A DNA stretch of 64,000 nucleotides from Amphiscolops sp. MND2022. Taxonomy: Eukaryota. Numbering within the stretch: position 1 is the first letter of the stretch; the number at the start of each line of letters is the position of its first letter. Location of the stretch: positions 23,126,001 through 23,190,000 of the forward strand of contig OZ076412.1 of NCBI GenBank assembly GCA_964187785.1, in the 5' to 3' direction. The notes below the pieces were generated by a model. It was given only the letters and a program-made list of their open reading frames with translations. It was not told the origin of the DNA and did not search any database. Shown piece by piece: positions 11,601 to 23,600 of this stretch. The position numbers and the translations under genes were made by a program.

Positions 11601-14600
11601 GAAAAACAATAATGCGATAGCATTATATCAGATTTTTGCCTCTGTCAAAGCAACGATTTTATGCCGCACAGAAATATCGGCTTGTTTTCGCATGTTTCGA
11701 CATTAGAATGGAAGAATGTCTGAAAATTGGAATGGAAGGAAGTGTGAAAAAATTAATGAACAGATTTTCGTTTGAGAGTGGAAACATTTCACAACACACT
11801 GTAATTCAAAGCCCCTGTATAAACCAGGTGTATTGTCTACTGTGCAGTTTTTGGTGATTTCGCAAAAATCAAGAACGATTCCTCTTTATCACATTAATTT
11901 TCCCCAAATGAGCCGACTGCAATGCTTCATCTTCGATGATGATAATCACTTTTAATTGAATATTGATCTCGTTTGCAACCCCGAATTCCACCCAATCTCT
12001 TACTTTTCCTCGTTTTAGGAATACGAACTAGCTGGAGCCACTATTGAAGAAGATATCAGATCTGCGGCTCTCGTCGTGGGAGTGAAACAGGTGCCGATTG
12101 AGAAGCTGATCGCCAACAGAACTTACATTTTCTTCAGTCACACAATCAAGGCCCAGGAAGCTAATATGCCAATGTTGGACGAGATGCTACAGAAAGTTCG
12201 TTCTCACTATTTTTCTGCTGCAAAGCCTCAAATGGCGATTTTGAAACTTTTGAGTTGTCTCTGACACGTTTCCCAATGGTATCGGTGTCGTGATCGTTTT
12301 TTTGAAAAGGTTGAATATACAAAAATACTGCAGTCGTTTGTGTAAAAGTTGGGGCTTTGTATTTGACAGCAAGAATGGGTGACTTTGGCGATCCTGGCTC
12401 AAAGATTTACCGCAACTTTTTACTTGTTGTTACTTGAGGTTATCTAGAGTGAAAACCTATGAAAATTAGAACCTCAGTTTGCTGTTTAAATAAAAATTCC
12501 GCCAAATGTTGTTGAGAAGTTCTATCTATAATGTTGCATGTGTTTCAGAACATTCGCCTTGTAGACTACGAGTGTATGTCTTCCAATGGGAAACGAGTGA
12601 TCGCATTTGGCAAGTGGGCAGGTGTTGCTGGTATGATTGACGTTTTACATGGGGTGGGCCTGAGACTTCTTGCTCTAGGTCATCACACGCCTTTCCTGCA
12701 CATTGGGCTGGCCCATAGCTACAGAAATAGTGAATTTGCCAAACAGGTCAGCAGAAAAATTAGTGAACATTTATCATTTTGACACTTCTTGGGGGTTTGT
12801 GAAAGTTATTGATTGACAATACGCTTTCGTTAGAAAACGCAGACTATGGTTGTAGCCTTCTAAAGACCAGCGAACTGACGGATTTCGATAATGTTCTTTT
12901 ACTTCTTCATTTCGTTTCCATGTGTGCTGCTTTTTGCACATGACGAAGTCAATGTGCATTGCAGTCCAGCTAAGTAAGTTTTTTTCCACAATAGTCAACT
13001 TCATAATGAGCGCCTTTTAGAAAAGAGCCAAAACCCCAGAGAGATTCGAACCTGTAGCCTCCCGCTTGCACGGCATAAGTGTTGACCACTGTGCCATAAC
13101 CACGTTATTGAACAAAGTTGAACTGTTGAATATATACGCATGCGATTAAAATAATATAAATACGCATATTAAAATAATGTCTTCGTCATGTGTTGCGAAG
13201 CACCGCTTCGCCTCTGTGTTGATATTTTTCGTCCACTGGTGTCTCCTGTTGTTTTTTGGCACTATGCGACTTTTTCATACATCAAATATTTTCTGAGAAT
13301 TCTTTTCGAAATTTTGGGTTTGATGTTTCGAGTTTTGGAAAAGCTGTTTTCGGGTCTCAAGGGTCCCCTTCTGGTATTTTTCGGCTTTGTAAAATTGATT
13401 TAAAAAAGTTTCACAAAAGTTGTCTTTTCGCATAAATAAAGCACTTTGCTTTTTTTAAAACTTGCGCGGGACGCCGACTTGGGCCCTTCTCGGCTTTTAT
13501 TCAAGATGGCTGTTGCGAAAAAATTATGAATTGATAAATGAAAGTGTTTGTGGACCTTGAAAACCCCTGATGCTGCTGCGATGCATGTTTCAAACAGTAT
13601 TGAAGAAGTCTCCGTAGTTCTACAAAACTGAAAATTAAATAGGCTGCTTTTTCGTCAAATAATTGGATTCGGAATCAAAGAAAATGTAGCCCACAAAATT
13701 TTGGCTTTATATTTAAACATTGGTGCGATCTGATGGAAGAATAAACTTTTTTTGTAAAAACTCACAGTGCCAAAAATCCCCTGATCATACGGGATCCTTT
13801 TGGTCTCGTTCACCTTTGCGGTATTGAAAAAAAACTTTATCCATCCCGTGATTCTAACCCATGTCACCGCCACTACTTACAGTTTGCGTTTTTTCCTAAC
13901 GAAATCGGCGACTAAAAACAGCGACCAGCCTCATTATCGTTTGAAGTTGATTTTAACTCAATTTTCGTCGTAAAACTTTTTTTAAAAAAATTCAGCGCTT
14001 AGCTCATGGCTTGCGAAAAATACTCGTTTGACACCAAATAATCTGAGGACATAAATCATCTGCATCGCAACATAGTTCATTAAAAAACTCAATTGGCTAA
14101 AATCTCATTTGATCGATGATAGCTAGATAAAAGTAGTTCCACAAGAGGGCCACCACAAGTGCACCATGAAAAGTACTGTTTCATTATGCAAGTATATCGA
14201 ATAGTTTCGGAGATATTAATGGCCTTCTGACTGGAAATGGGAGTCTAAGCTCAGCCTACCTGAATTTTCACATAACAAAGAATATCATGGAGCTTGCTTT
14301 GGTTCAATGTTATGTTTAGCACTAGAACATGAACCTCTGCCTCAGACATCTTTCAGAAATTTTACTGCATCACAAATACTCTCGGAGACATAAGGCTTAG
14401 ATATCCAAATATGGTAAAATTTAGCATGTGAATGAACATTTTTGTCCTAAGTAACAACTTTAGCGAGATAAAAGTAGTTGAAAAGTAGGTGAAAGTAACC
14501 TACGAAAATGCTGAAAAAGTGCACTATAAAAGTGTTCACCTATTACGCCAGTACCTTGAATTATGTTGGACATATTAGTGGCCAATTGGTGGGAAATGCG

Positions 14601-17600
14601 ATTTCGCAAACTAACCAATCAGTCTCCTTTCTCACGAAATGAGACTGATGGAGCCTGCCCTGGATACTTGTGCACTAAAACATGACAATTGCCTCGGGCG
14701 TCTTTCAGAGGAAAAAGGTTTTACTGCCTTGCGAATACTCTCTATAGGCCTTAGAAAACCAAATAGACTATGTTGTCGCATTTGATCATTGAACAATTTT
14801 CGTCGAAAGTTGCCCTAAGGAGCATCGTTAGCGGGATAAACATAGTTTCACGAGTAGGCATCGGGAATGCATCATGAAAAAGTATAACCCATCATGCCGG
14901 TAGCTTGAATGGTTCCGAAGATATTAGTAGCCAACTGACTGGAAATGGGATTATAAACTCAATCCGCCAAATTCTCTAAAATGCCGGACTTTGATGAAGT
15001 CTGATCTGGTTGAACCCCCCAGCACTAGAACATGGACAATTGTCTCAAACATCTTTAAGAAGAAAAATCTTTGTATCTGATACTCTCGAAGATCAAGGCC
15101 TTAGAAAACCAAATATGCCTAATACCAATTTTTTTCAAATTCGGCGGCCATTGTGTTACGTTGAAATCGGCCATTTTGTGGTGCATCCCTATTTTCATTC
15201 CAAGTGAATCTTGGAATGATCTGATGAAAAATATTCTTGTTCTGTAGTTAATACTATTTTGGGTCGGCGCTTTTCTTGAAAAGAGCCGACTATAGTCATC
15301 GCTTTTCGTCAGTGTTTTTTTCGATACACCTGAAGTGACTAAAATAGTTCTACAAAGTTTCATGGCGTCAAAGTGAACCATTTGGCCCAGCGAACAGAAT
15401 CAAAAAAGTTTTTCCTTTTTTTCCACGTATCATACAATACCGGGCGAGACTAAGGGGTGACACCTTTGAGTTTTTTCGGCACTGTGGGACATTTTTTCCG
15501 AAAAAAAAGTATCCCCAAAGCGTCCCCCTTCATTTTTTTTGGAGTTTTGCGACAGAATGGATGTTGAAAAATTCCAAAGGGACCCCCTTTCAGTTTTTTC
15601 AGCATTGTGAGACTTTTTTTTCAAATTTTTCATAAAAGGGTCCCCAATTGACGAATACTTTGACATTTTGAAGGCCTTTTGCTATTTTTGAGCCTTAGAT
15701 ATGGCGCCGACTTGGGCCGGTCCCGGCTTGTTTCTATCATCAATGTTTAATGAAAATAGTATTACCTCTGTAGTGCTCGTTGTATGTATACTGTGATTTT
15801 TCACGTAGGCAGTGCGAGATGCAGGCTATGAGATAGCTCTGGGAATGATGCCTGACTCCCTGGGTCCCCTCACAGTTGTGTTCACCGGCAGTGGCAACGT
15901 GTCTCAGGGCGCCCAGGAGGTGTTCTACGAGCTGCCCTACGTCTTCGTGGATCCATCTGAACTGAAATACTGGGCTGAGAACGGAGGTGAAGCCAATTTC
16001 AAAACTATTGTCCTATCATTTCATGGAAAGGGCTGCAGAAAAGCTTTGTTCAATTGAAATGTTATTAAAATGCATCAACCATGTTTTAAACAAAAAATGA
16101 TTTCAAAATTCTCGCAATGAAGACCAGTTTTGCGTCCTCTACAATCACTGGAATCCATTTTGCATGTGGTAAATTCCCATGAGTTCCCATGCATGGCCAT
16201 CCACGCGCCATACATGGACAATTTTCGCGGTCTGAATAATCTTTCCACCTGCCTCAGAATACCCCACATCTTGTTATAATGCAAACCATTATCTGAAAAT
16301 GAGTTCGGAAGTCAAAGGCTGAATTAGGGCGCTCATTTCTTGTTCTTAGATCTTTTCAAATGGTGTTTCAAAGCTCTTCTTTTTTTAGATCGAGGTGCGT
16401 TAGACCTAAGAGGCTTAAGATTGACCAACAATCAAGAAACTATTGTAGTTTTCTCTTAGTATCATAATCCCCGAGGGAGGGATGTCATAACCTAGACATC
16501 TGCGGGCACAATTTATCATGTATGCAACCTGTTGTTGAACTATATGTGACCATCGATAAAATTTTGACATGGCATTGTAACGCTGCTTCTAGTGTATTAG
16601 GGGGTTACCAGACAAAAGTGCCGAAATACGCAGTGAAAAGCACCCCAATCAAAGACTAAAGAGGATTTTCTGACTTATTCTTGCAAAAGTAGATGGGAGA
16701 CCAAAGGGTCCCCTTTGGGTTTTCTTCAGGATTCACGCGATTTTTTTGCTTTTTTAAACCGAAACCCCTGCCTCGATTTTTAGCCGAAACAAAGCGTTTT
16801 GCGAGGATAAGGGCCACTTAAGGTTTTGTTTCGGTACTATGTGCGAGGTGTTCTGTAAAGGAAAATTTTCAAGTTTTTTCCGAGTCTTGAGGGTGACTTT
16901 TTTGATTATTTTATGATCCTGTGGAACTGATGATTTTGTCAATGATTGGGTAAAGGACCTACGGTTTTTTTTGGCACTGCAATTTTTTTCGATGATACCC
17001 CTTCACTTTAATAATTCTTTTCGGCCAACAAAAAGCGTTTGGCGAGGTTAAAGCACCTTTTTCGTCACCATGAGATAATTTCCCGCAGAAAAAAATTTTG
17101 AAAAAAAATTATTTTAAAAAATCAGATTTTTAATTTTAAAATTAAAAAAATAATAATTTTAAAAAATTGTCGACTACTTATGCAATCGTACCTTTCTTTT
17201 CATCCAAAATGTTGAAATTTCAACAAAAATATCCTTTGCATATTTTAAAAAACATTCAATTTTTTGAACCTCAGCAGGGCGCCGACTTGGGCCCAACCCG
17301 GCTTGTTTCTATATTTCAAATGAAATGGGAGTGTTTGTTCTGCACTGTTGATTAATCATCCCGGATACCCCCTTTGTATTAAAAATACCTACCCACACAA
17401 ACATTCAATGATGAAATCTTACAACAACGCTTCTTTTATTAGTATTTTGCTGTTCAAAGTTTTGAAGTTCAAATTTCGGAAAAAAATTGGACTACTTATG
17501 CAATCGTGTCGTTTTTTTTCTCCCGACCTTTCAATGAAAATTTGAAAATTTCTCAAAAACTGTCCATATGATTTTCATAAAGTTTTGCACAGTCATTCTA

Positions 17601-20600
17601 CCCCCAAAGGTGCTCCTGCTTGCGCAATGGCATCAAAATTGTATGAGTGGCATCTGAGAAACATAGCCAAAATTAGCCCAATAATGGCCAAAAAACTGGC
17701 TTTTTTGGACCTTTTTAGATTTCCTCAAAATCTATCCTATCCATACGATTCGAACGAAATTTCTATAGTCATTCTACACCATATTAGAATCCTATGTGTG
17801 CGATGGCATCAAAATCGTATGACTGGGATCTGAGAAACAAAGCCAAACTTAGTCCAAAAATTAACAAAAAAGGGTCATTGTTCCGAACCGATCTCCGTAA
17901 TGAGTCCTCTGGAGGTTTATGAATGCTTGCTGTATTTCATATTCTTGACTGCGGGAAAACCTTCGTTACTTATTCAGTCAATTACGAATCAAAATTATGT
18001 GAAAATCAATCATGTATGAATCATTCATTCAGAATATATACCACATCCCCTTCTTTGAATTCAAATCGTAGGAGGATTTCAAGGAATAACAGAGAAACGC
18101 ATGAATATATTAGGTTATACTTTAATAATTCATTGTCCCGCTTGAAATTTATTTTTGTTGTATTCCTGATAGGATACCGTCTCATTGGAACATCGGAGGA
18201 ATGATTTTCCGATCGCGTATTATCGGAAGAAGACAACTCCAGATCATCAAAATAGTTGAGATCTTCTATTCTTTTATTTGAGGCAGGAGCAACTTGGGAT
18301 AAACTCCAGGTTCGCCCATCATCAAGTGTAACAGTAGTTTTAGTTCGTTTAAGAATTTTCTGCGGCTTGAAGAACTTGTAGTGCAATTTCCCTTTTTGTC
18401 GAATTGGATCTTTCACTCGAACCCAACCACCGACTTCGAATTTTTTTAAATGATTTTGTTTCTGCGCCGATAGACCAGGGAAGACGTTTGTGTTGTTTAA
18501 ACTCTTGGATGGAAGTTTTGCTAAAAGCGCTGTACATTTCGTTCTCATTTTGTTCCCGAAAACCATTTCATAGGGAGATTTTCCCAATGCAGGATGAATT
18601 GTACTTCGATAAGTTTAACACAAATTTCAATGTATCATACCAGCTGCGTGAATCTTCAATATTGGTTTGCAATAAATTTCGTATGGTTTGATTGAATCGT
18701 TCAACGAGACCATTACTGCGAGGGCAGTACAATGGGCTATACTTCAGGGCAGCACCTTGATGAATGATAAAAGTTTTGAACTCCGCACTGGTAAACGAAG
18801 AACCTTCTTCACAGCGAATTAACTCAGGTACCCCAAAACGAGCAAAATAATCTTTTAAAGATATAACTATTTGTTTCGCGTGCGTGTTATCAAGCGCATA
18901 AACTTCAGGCCATCTCGAGTATTCATCAACAACAAGAAGCAAATACTTGAAGTTACTCGGCGCATCGTTGTAAGGACCACTAATATCTATATTGATCGTT
19001 GTAAACTTTTCATCTGCTGTTATGATTTTGCCATGCGGAACATCTCGAACAACTTGTGCTTTATCGGTCTCACAACAAGCTGAACAACTTTTAACCAGCT
19101 GTTCCAACATAGCTGAACACTTTGGCCACCAAGCAAAACTCCGCAACTGATGTTTGGAACGGACAATTCCAAAATGATCTTCATGAGCTAGTTGAAGAGC
19201 TTTCGAATAAAGACTTTCAGGCATTACAATGGCTGCACCGCGACCTACACTGTATTTAGACCAACAATAAGTTCATTCCGAACTGCAAAGTAAGGTAGTA
19301 ATTTTTCATCCATAACATTTCGTCTGGGCCAACCATTAATAATGAAATCGCGCACTTTGATCAAAACTTGATCCTGTTTGGAAGCATTGTCAACTTCATC
19401 AACAGTGAAAGCAGACAAGTTATCAAAAAGAGCATTTACAACATACGAATCATCATCAGTAAATGAACAATCAACTGGTAATCGTGAAAGCGCATCAGCC
19501 ACAGCATTACTTTTTCCAGGTTTGTGTACTACAGTAAAATCATAGCGTAGTAACCTGGCAGACCAACGTGCAAGTCTCAGTGGACGGACACCGTCCCCAA
19601 TTTCACCATTTATAAGTTGCAGTAAGGATTTATGGTCAGTCTTTAATGTGAAGTGTTTACCCCACAGGAATCTTTCGAATCTCTCGCAAGTACAAATACA
19701 AGCTAGTAGTTCCTATTCAGGAACACTATATATTTTTTTCAAATTCTTGTAATGAACGAGAGAAAAATGAAACTGTTTTGTATTCACCATTATCTTGCAA
19801 CTGTGATAATTCACCACCGATTCCAATTTTGGAAGCATCACATGTAACAATCGTTTCTGCCTGAGGATTATACATTGCCAATGGTTTAGCACGAAGAAAC
19901 ATTTTTTGAAGGCATTTGAACTGTTCGGTAAGACCCTCTGTCCACTTAAAGGCAACATTTTTATGAAGTAATTTATAGAAATCGGCAGCTTTTGAAGAAT
20001 AATCACTCGGTAAAAATTTTCGATAGTGACTGAATAAACCTAGAGCAGAAGCTAAGGATTGTTCATCGTAAGGAACTTTCATTTCAGCGATTGAAGTCAA
20101 ATTGTTCTCAAGAATAGCAAATTCGTTCAGACCCAGTTTGAGGCCTAGCCATTCAATGTTTGTTTTCTCAAACTCACATTTGTCAAAGTTAGCTACCAAT
20201 CCATTGGATTGCAATCTATTCAATACAGCATTTAATCTTTCATCATGTTCTTCCTTTGTAGAACCATAAACAATGATGTCGTCAAGAAAACTGAAACAAC
20301 CTTTCAAGTCAGCTAGGATTTTATCCATCATTTTTTGAAACTTCGGAGGAACGTCCCGTAACCCAAATGGAGCTCTCAGAAATTTGTATAGTCCACAGGG
20401 TAAAATAAAACCAAGCATACGTTGAGTTTTTGAATCGACTGGAAGTTGATGGTAAGCGTTAGATAAGTCTATTTTTGAATAAACTTTTGCATTAGTTATC
20501 GAATTTATAGTAGACTCAATGTTAGGTAAGGGGTAAGTATCTTTCTTTATCGCTTTGTTTACTTCTCGCAAGTCACAACAAAGCCGAATTTTTTCATTTT

Positions 20601-23600
20601 TTCTCCATAAAACAACATGAGGACTAGCCCAATCGATATCGGCATTGGTACAGGGTTCAAGAACACCCAGTGAACAAAGTTTTTTAACTTCCTTCTCGAC
20701 ATGGTCTTTCATTGCAAAAGGAAGAGGACGATCTTTCGAAATGACGGGAGGAATTGTTGCATCGATTGCTGAAGACAAAACAAAGTTCTTTGCATGACCT
20801 AGAGTGTCGGGGTCAAACAATTTTTGAAATTTCTGCTTGAGGATACTTCCTGGACTTGTTTCTGGTATGCAAGTATGTACACGATTCAATTGTGTATCGT
20901 TTATCGATATTGCAAAATGCAGTTTATCTAGAATGTCGGGGCCAATCAAAGAAATGCCATGAGCTACATAAAAGTCTTGTCTGAATGACAAAGAACCACT
21001 CATGATTTCGAAGTTAGAAATTCCATGAGCATCAATAGAAGAACCACCATAACCAGTTATTTTTGAATGGTTTTTGATGCACTTTTTGTTTGGGAATAAT
21101 TTGTCGAACGTATCTTTAGAAATAATTGGTGCCTTGGCACCACTGTCAACAACAAATACAACATTTTTGTTGTCCAACTGTAAGGAATATTTGAAGAATT
21201 CAGGAAGAATCGAATTGAAAGGACTATTTACAGTAAGGGTAACGGGTGTAAAAGAATTTTCTCCCAGAGTGTTTGTGACAACAACATTTGAACTCGCACT
21301 ACGGCACACTTTTGCAAAATGACCAGTTTTGTTGCAGTTTTTGTATTTCTTGTCCGCAGCCGGACAATCTTTACTGTTAGCGAAATGTAATTTGGATCCA
21401 CAACGAAAACAAGAATGGATAATTTTAGCAGTAGATTTCGATTTTTGTTGACTGATTTTCGAATTGAACCGCTGTACAGTGTGGGTATTACTATGAGCAG
21501 TGTCAGTGTAATTTGTATTTTTGAGTAAAACAGATGTAGCAATTCCCGCTTCGATTCGTTTAGCAATTTTTAGACATTCTTCCAGAGAAGGGTTATCTTG
21601 AAGTAAGCGATCTCTTATGCGAATTTCTCTAACTCCTTTGATTAACTGATCTCGCAGAGATGTATCCAGAAAAGCACCAAAATCGCATTTTTGAGCAAGT
21701 CGTCGTAAAGCAACAACAAATTCATCAATACTTTCACCTGATTTTTGAATACGACACCCAAATGAATAGCGCTCGGAAACTACGATGACTTTATCAGCAA
21801 AATGATTTTCAAGGCATTGTAAAACTTGTTCATAAGTATCATTAGCTATTTGCGTATCATCTCGTAAAGAATAATGAACGGTCTGACCTTCAAGTCCAAT
21901 TAAATGGAGCAAAATAGCTTTTTTTCTGTTACTAGCCCACTCTGCGTAGTTTGTAGCCGCCATGTAATTATTGAAGAGGCGAATCCAGTCCTTCCATGGA
22001 ACTCTTGGTTTCCCGGGATCAGGTAAAAAAGGTTGGGGCGCAGGTAGGTTGAAAGTTTCAGACATTGGTTTCACTAGTTTTAGTTTATCTCTGTCGCCAT
22101 TTCATATTCTTGACTGCGGGAAAACCTTCGTTACTTATTCAGTCAATTACGAATCAAAATTATGTGAAAATCAATCATGTATGAATCATTCATTCAGAAT
22201 ATATACCACACTGTAAAAGTGAAGTTGCTGAGGAATTATGGAAGATGTAAAATGATTGCTGTTTCAGAGAAGAATCGAGTGTACGCATGTGTGGTGAGCA
22301 GGAAAGACTACTTGGTCCATAAGCAGACGGGCCAATTCGACTTGGATCATTACACTGCTCACCCTGAGGAGTACGAGTCACTCTTCGCAGAAAAGGTTGT
22401 TTTACATAGTTACAAGACATTTTTACTCAGTCACTTGCTACTAGGGTCTATTTGCTACTAGGTAATTTGCTACTAATTCTTATTATGGGGGCTACGAGCT
22501 GCTAACTATGGGACTATGAATTTGAAGCTGAAAAGACAAGCAGATCCTCCTGTAGCAAGTTCACAACTCAATTACAGTGGAAGCCGCTTATATGGGACGC
22601 CTTGGGACCGGGTATTCTTGTCTACTATATCAGTTGTCTCTTATATCAGTAGTACAAAATATTTGCTTTATTTCAGCGGGGACCGAAATATGCGAGCCAA
22701 TTAAGCGTCGTCTCTTATACGCGTGTCCCATTTAAGCGGCTTCCACTGTAACCGGAAGTTTTGACAAATTTTGTGCCAAATTCCATGAAACTTGATTTTC
22801 TTAATTTACTAATTAGTCTCATTTCTCACTTCGTAGTAGCACGGCTAATTCATAGCATTTAGCGTAATAGCATCAGACACCGTTGTACATTTAGTTTTGG
22901 AAAATCCCAATTTCGCTGCAGTTTTTCGGGATCATGTTTTAAGCTTGAAACACTTAATGCTTCATGGAAATCCCCCGACTTTGTTTCATGGTTTTTTATG
23001 GCAGAGTATGAACACGGTTTTACTTATACACATAAAAGCTCAACTAGTTCTTCTCAGAAAAGCTTCTGTGCTTGAAACTATGAGACTATCCTGTGCCAAA
23101 AATCAAATACCTAATTTGTTCAAAAGTCTCCCACATTTGAATAAAACTGCTTACGATTGAGGTCAAAACAATCAACTTTTTAAGCGGCGAAATAGTTCTA
23201 CTGTCTCTTCAGAACTGTCTTGATCTAGCAAAGAATAATCATGAAATTATGATGGTGTTTGTGTTTCAGTTCGCACCGTACACGTCGATTTTGGTGAACG
23301 GCATCTTTTGGGCAGTGAACTCGCCCCGCCTAGTGAGAAGAGAAGACCTCTCGTCTCTGTTGACCAGTCCTGACTCAGACAGCAGCAAAGTGTTTGTGGA
23401 CGGATGTCCCCCCTTGCCTCACAGGGATTATCAATGACACTTTTTTTACTTTTAATAATACAACCATTGGACCATGTTTCCTTTTGCCCCAGGTGCACCT
23501 TGTTTCTACCCCACGAATACCTTTTTTTTTGCTGACAAAATTCTTGCACGAGTAAAAGAATATTTTATGGCTACATATACTTAGAGGATTGTCTTTACAG

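Larger units (their letters stand above)
17935..22210 (-). mobile_element. Ty3/gypsy LTR retrotransposon (Mag-like), full length 4276 bp, pol disabled
   Basis: Identical 111-bp LTRs at 17935-18045 and 22100-22210. 5-bp TSD CTGTA at 17930-17934 and 22211-22215. PBS TGGCGAC (minus strand, 22099-22093). PPT AAAGAAGGGGA next to the 3' LTR. Gag CCHC knuckles, protease VDSGA, RT FLDD, RNase H, and integrase HHCC/DDE in Ty3/gypsy order. Confidence 0.97.

Noticed and set aside
19700-19740. Programmed ribosomal frameshift in the gypsy element
   Set aside because: The shift falls inside RNase H, is followed by an in-frame stop, and two more shifts occur downstream; this is decay or error rather than gag-pol recoding.
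23406-23411. Canonical GT donor (GGAT|GTCCCC) as an alternative end for exon 7
   Set aside because: It would need a downstream phase-1 acceptor and would delete the conserved CPxLPHR-MIA residues. It is a weak site; RNA-seq is needed to exclude it fully.
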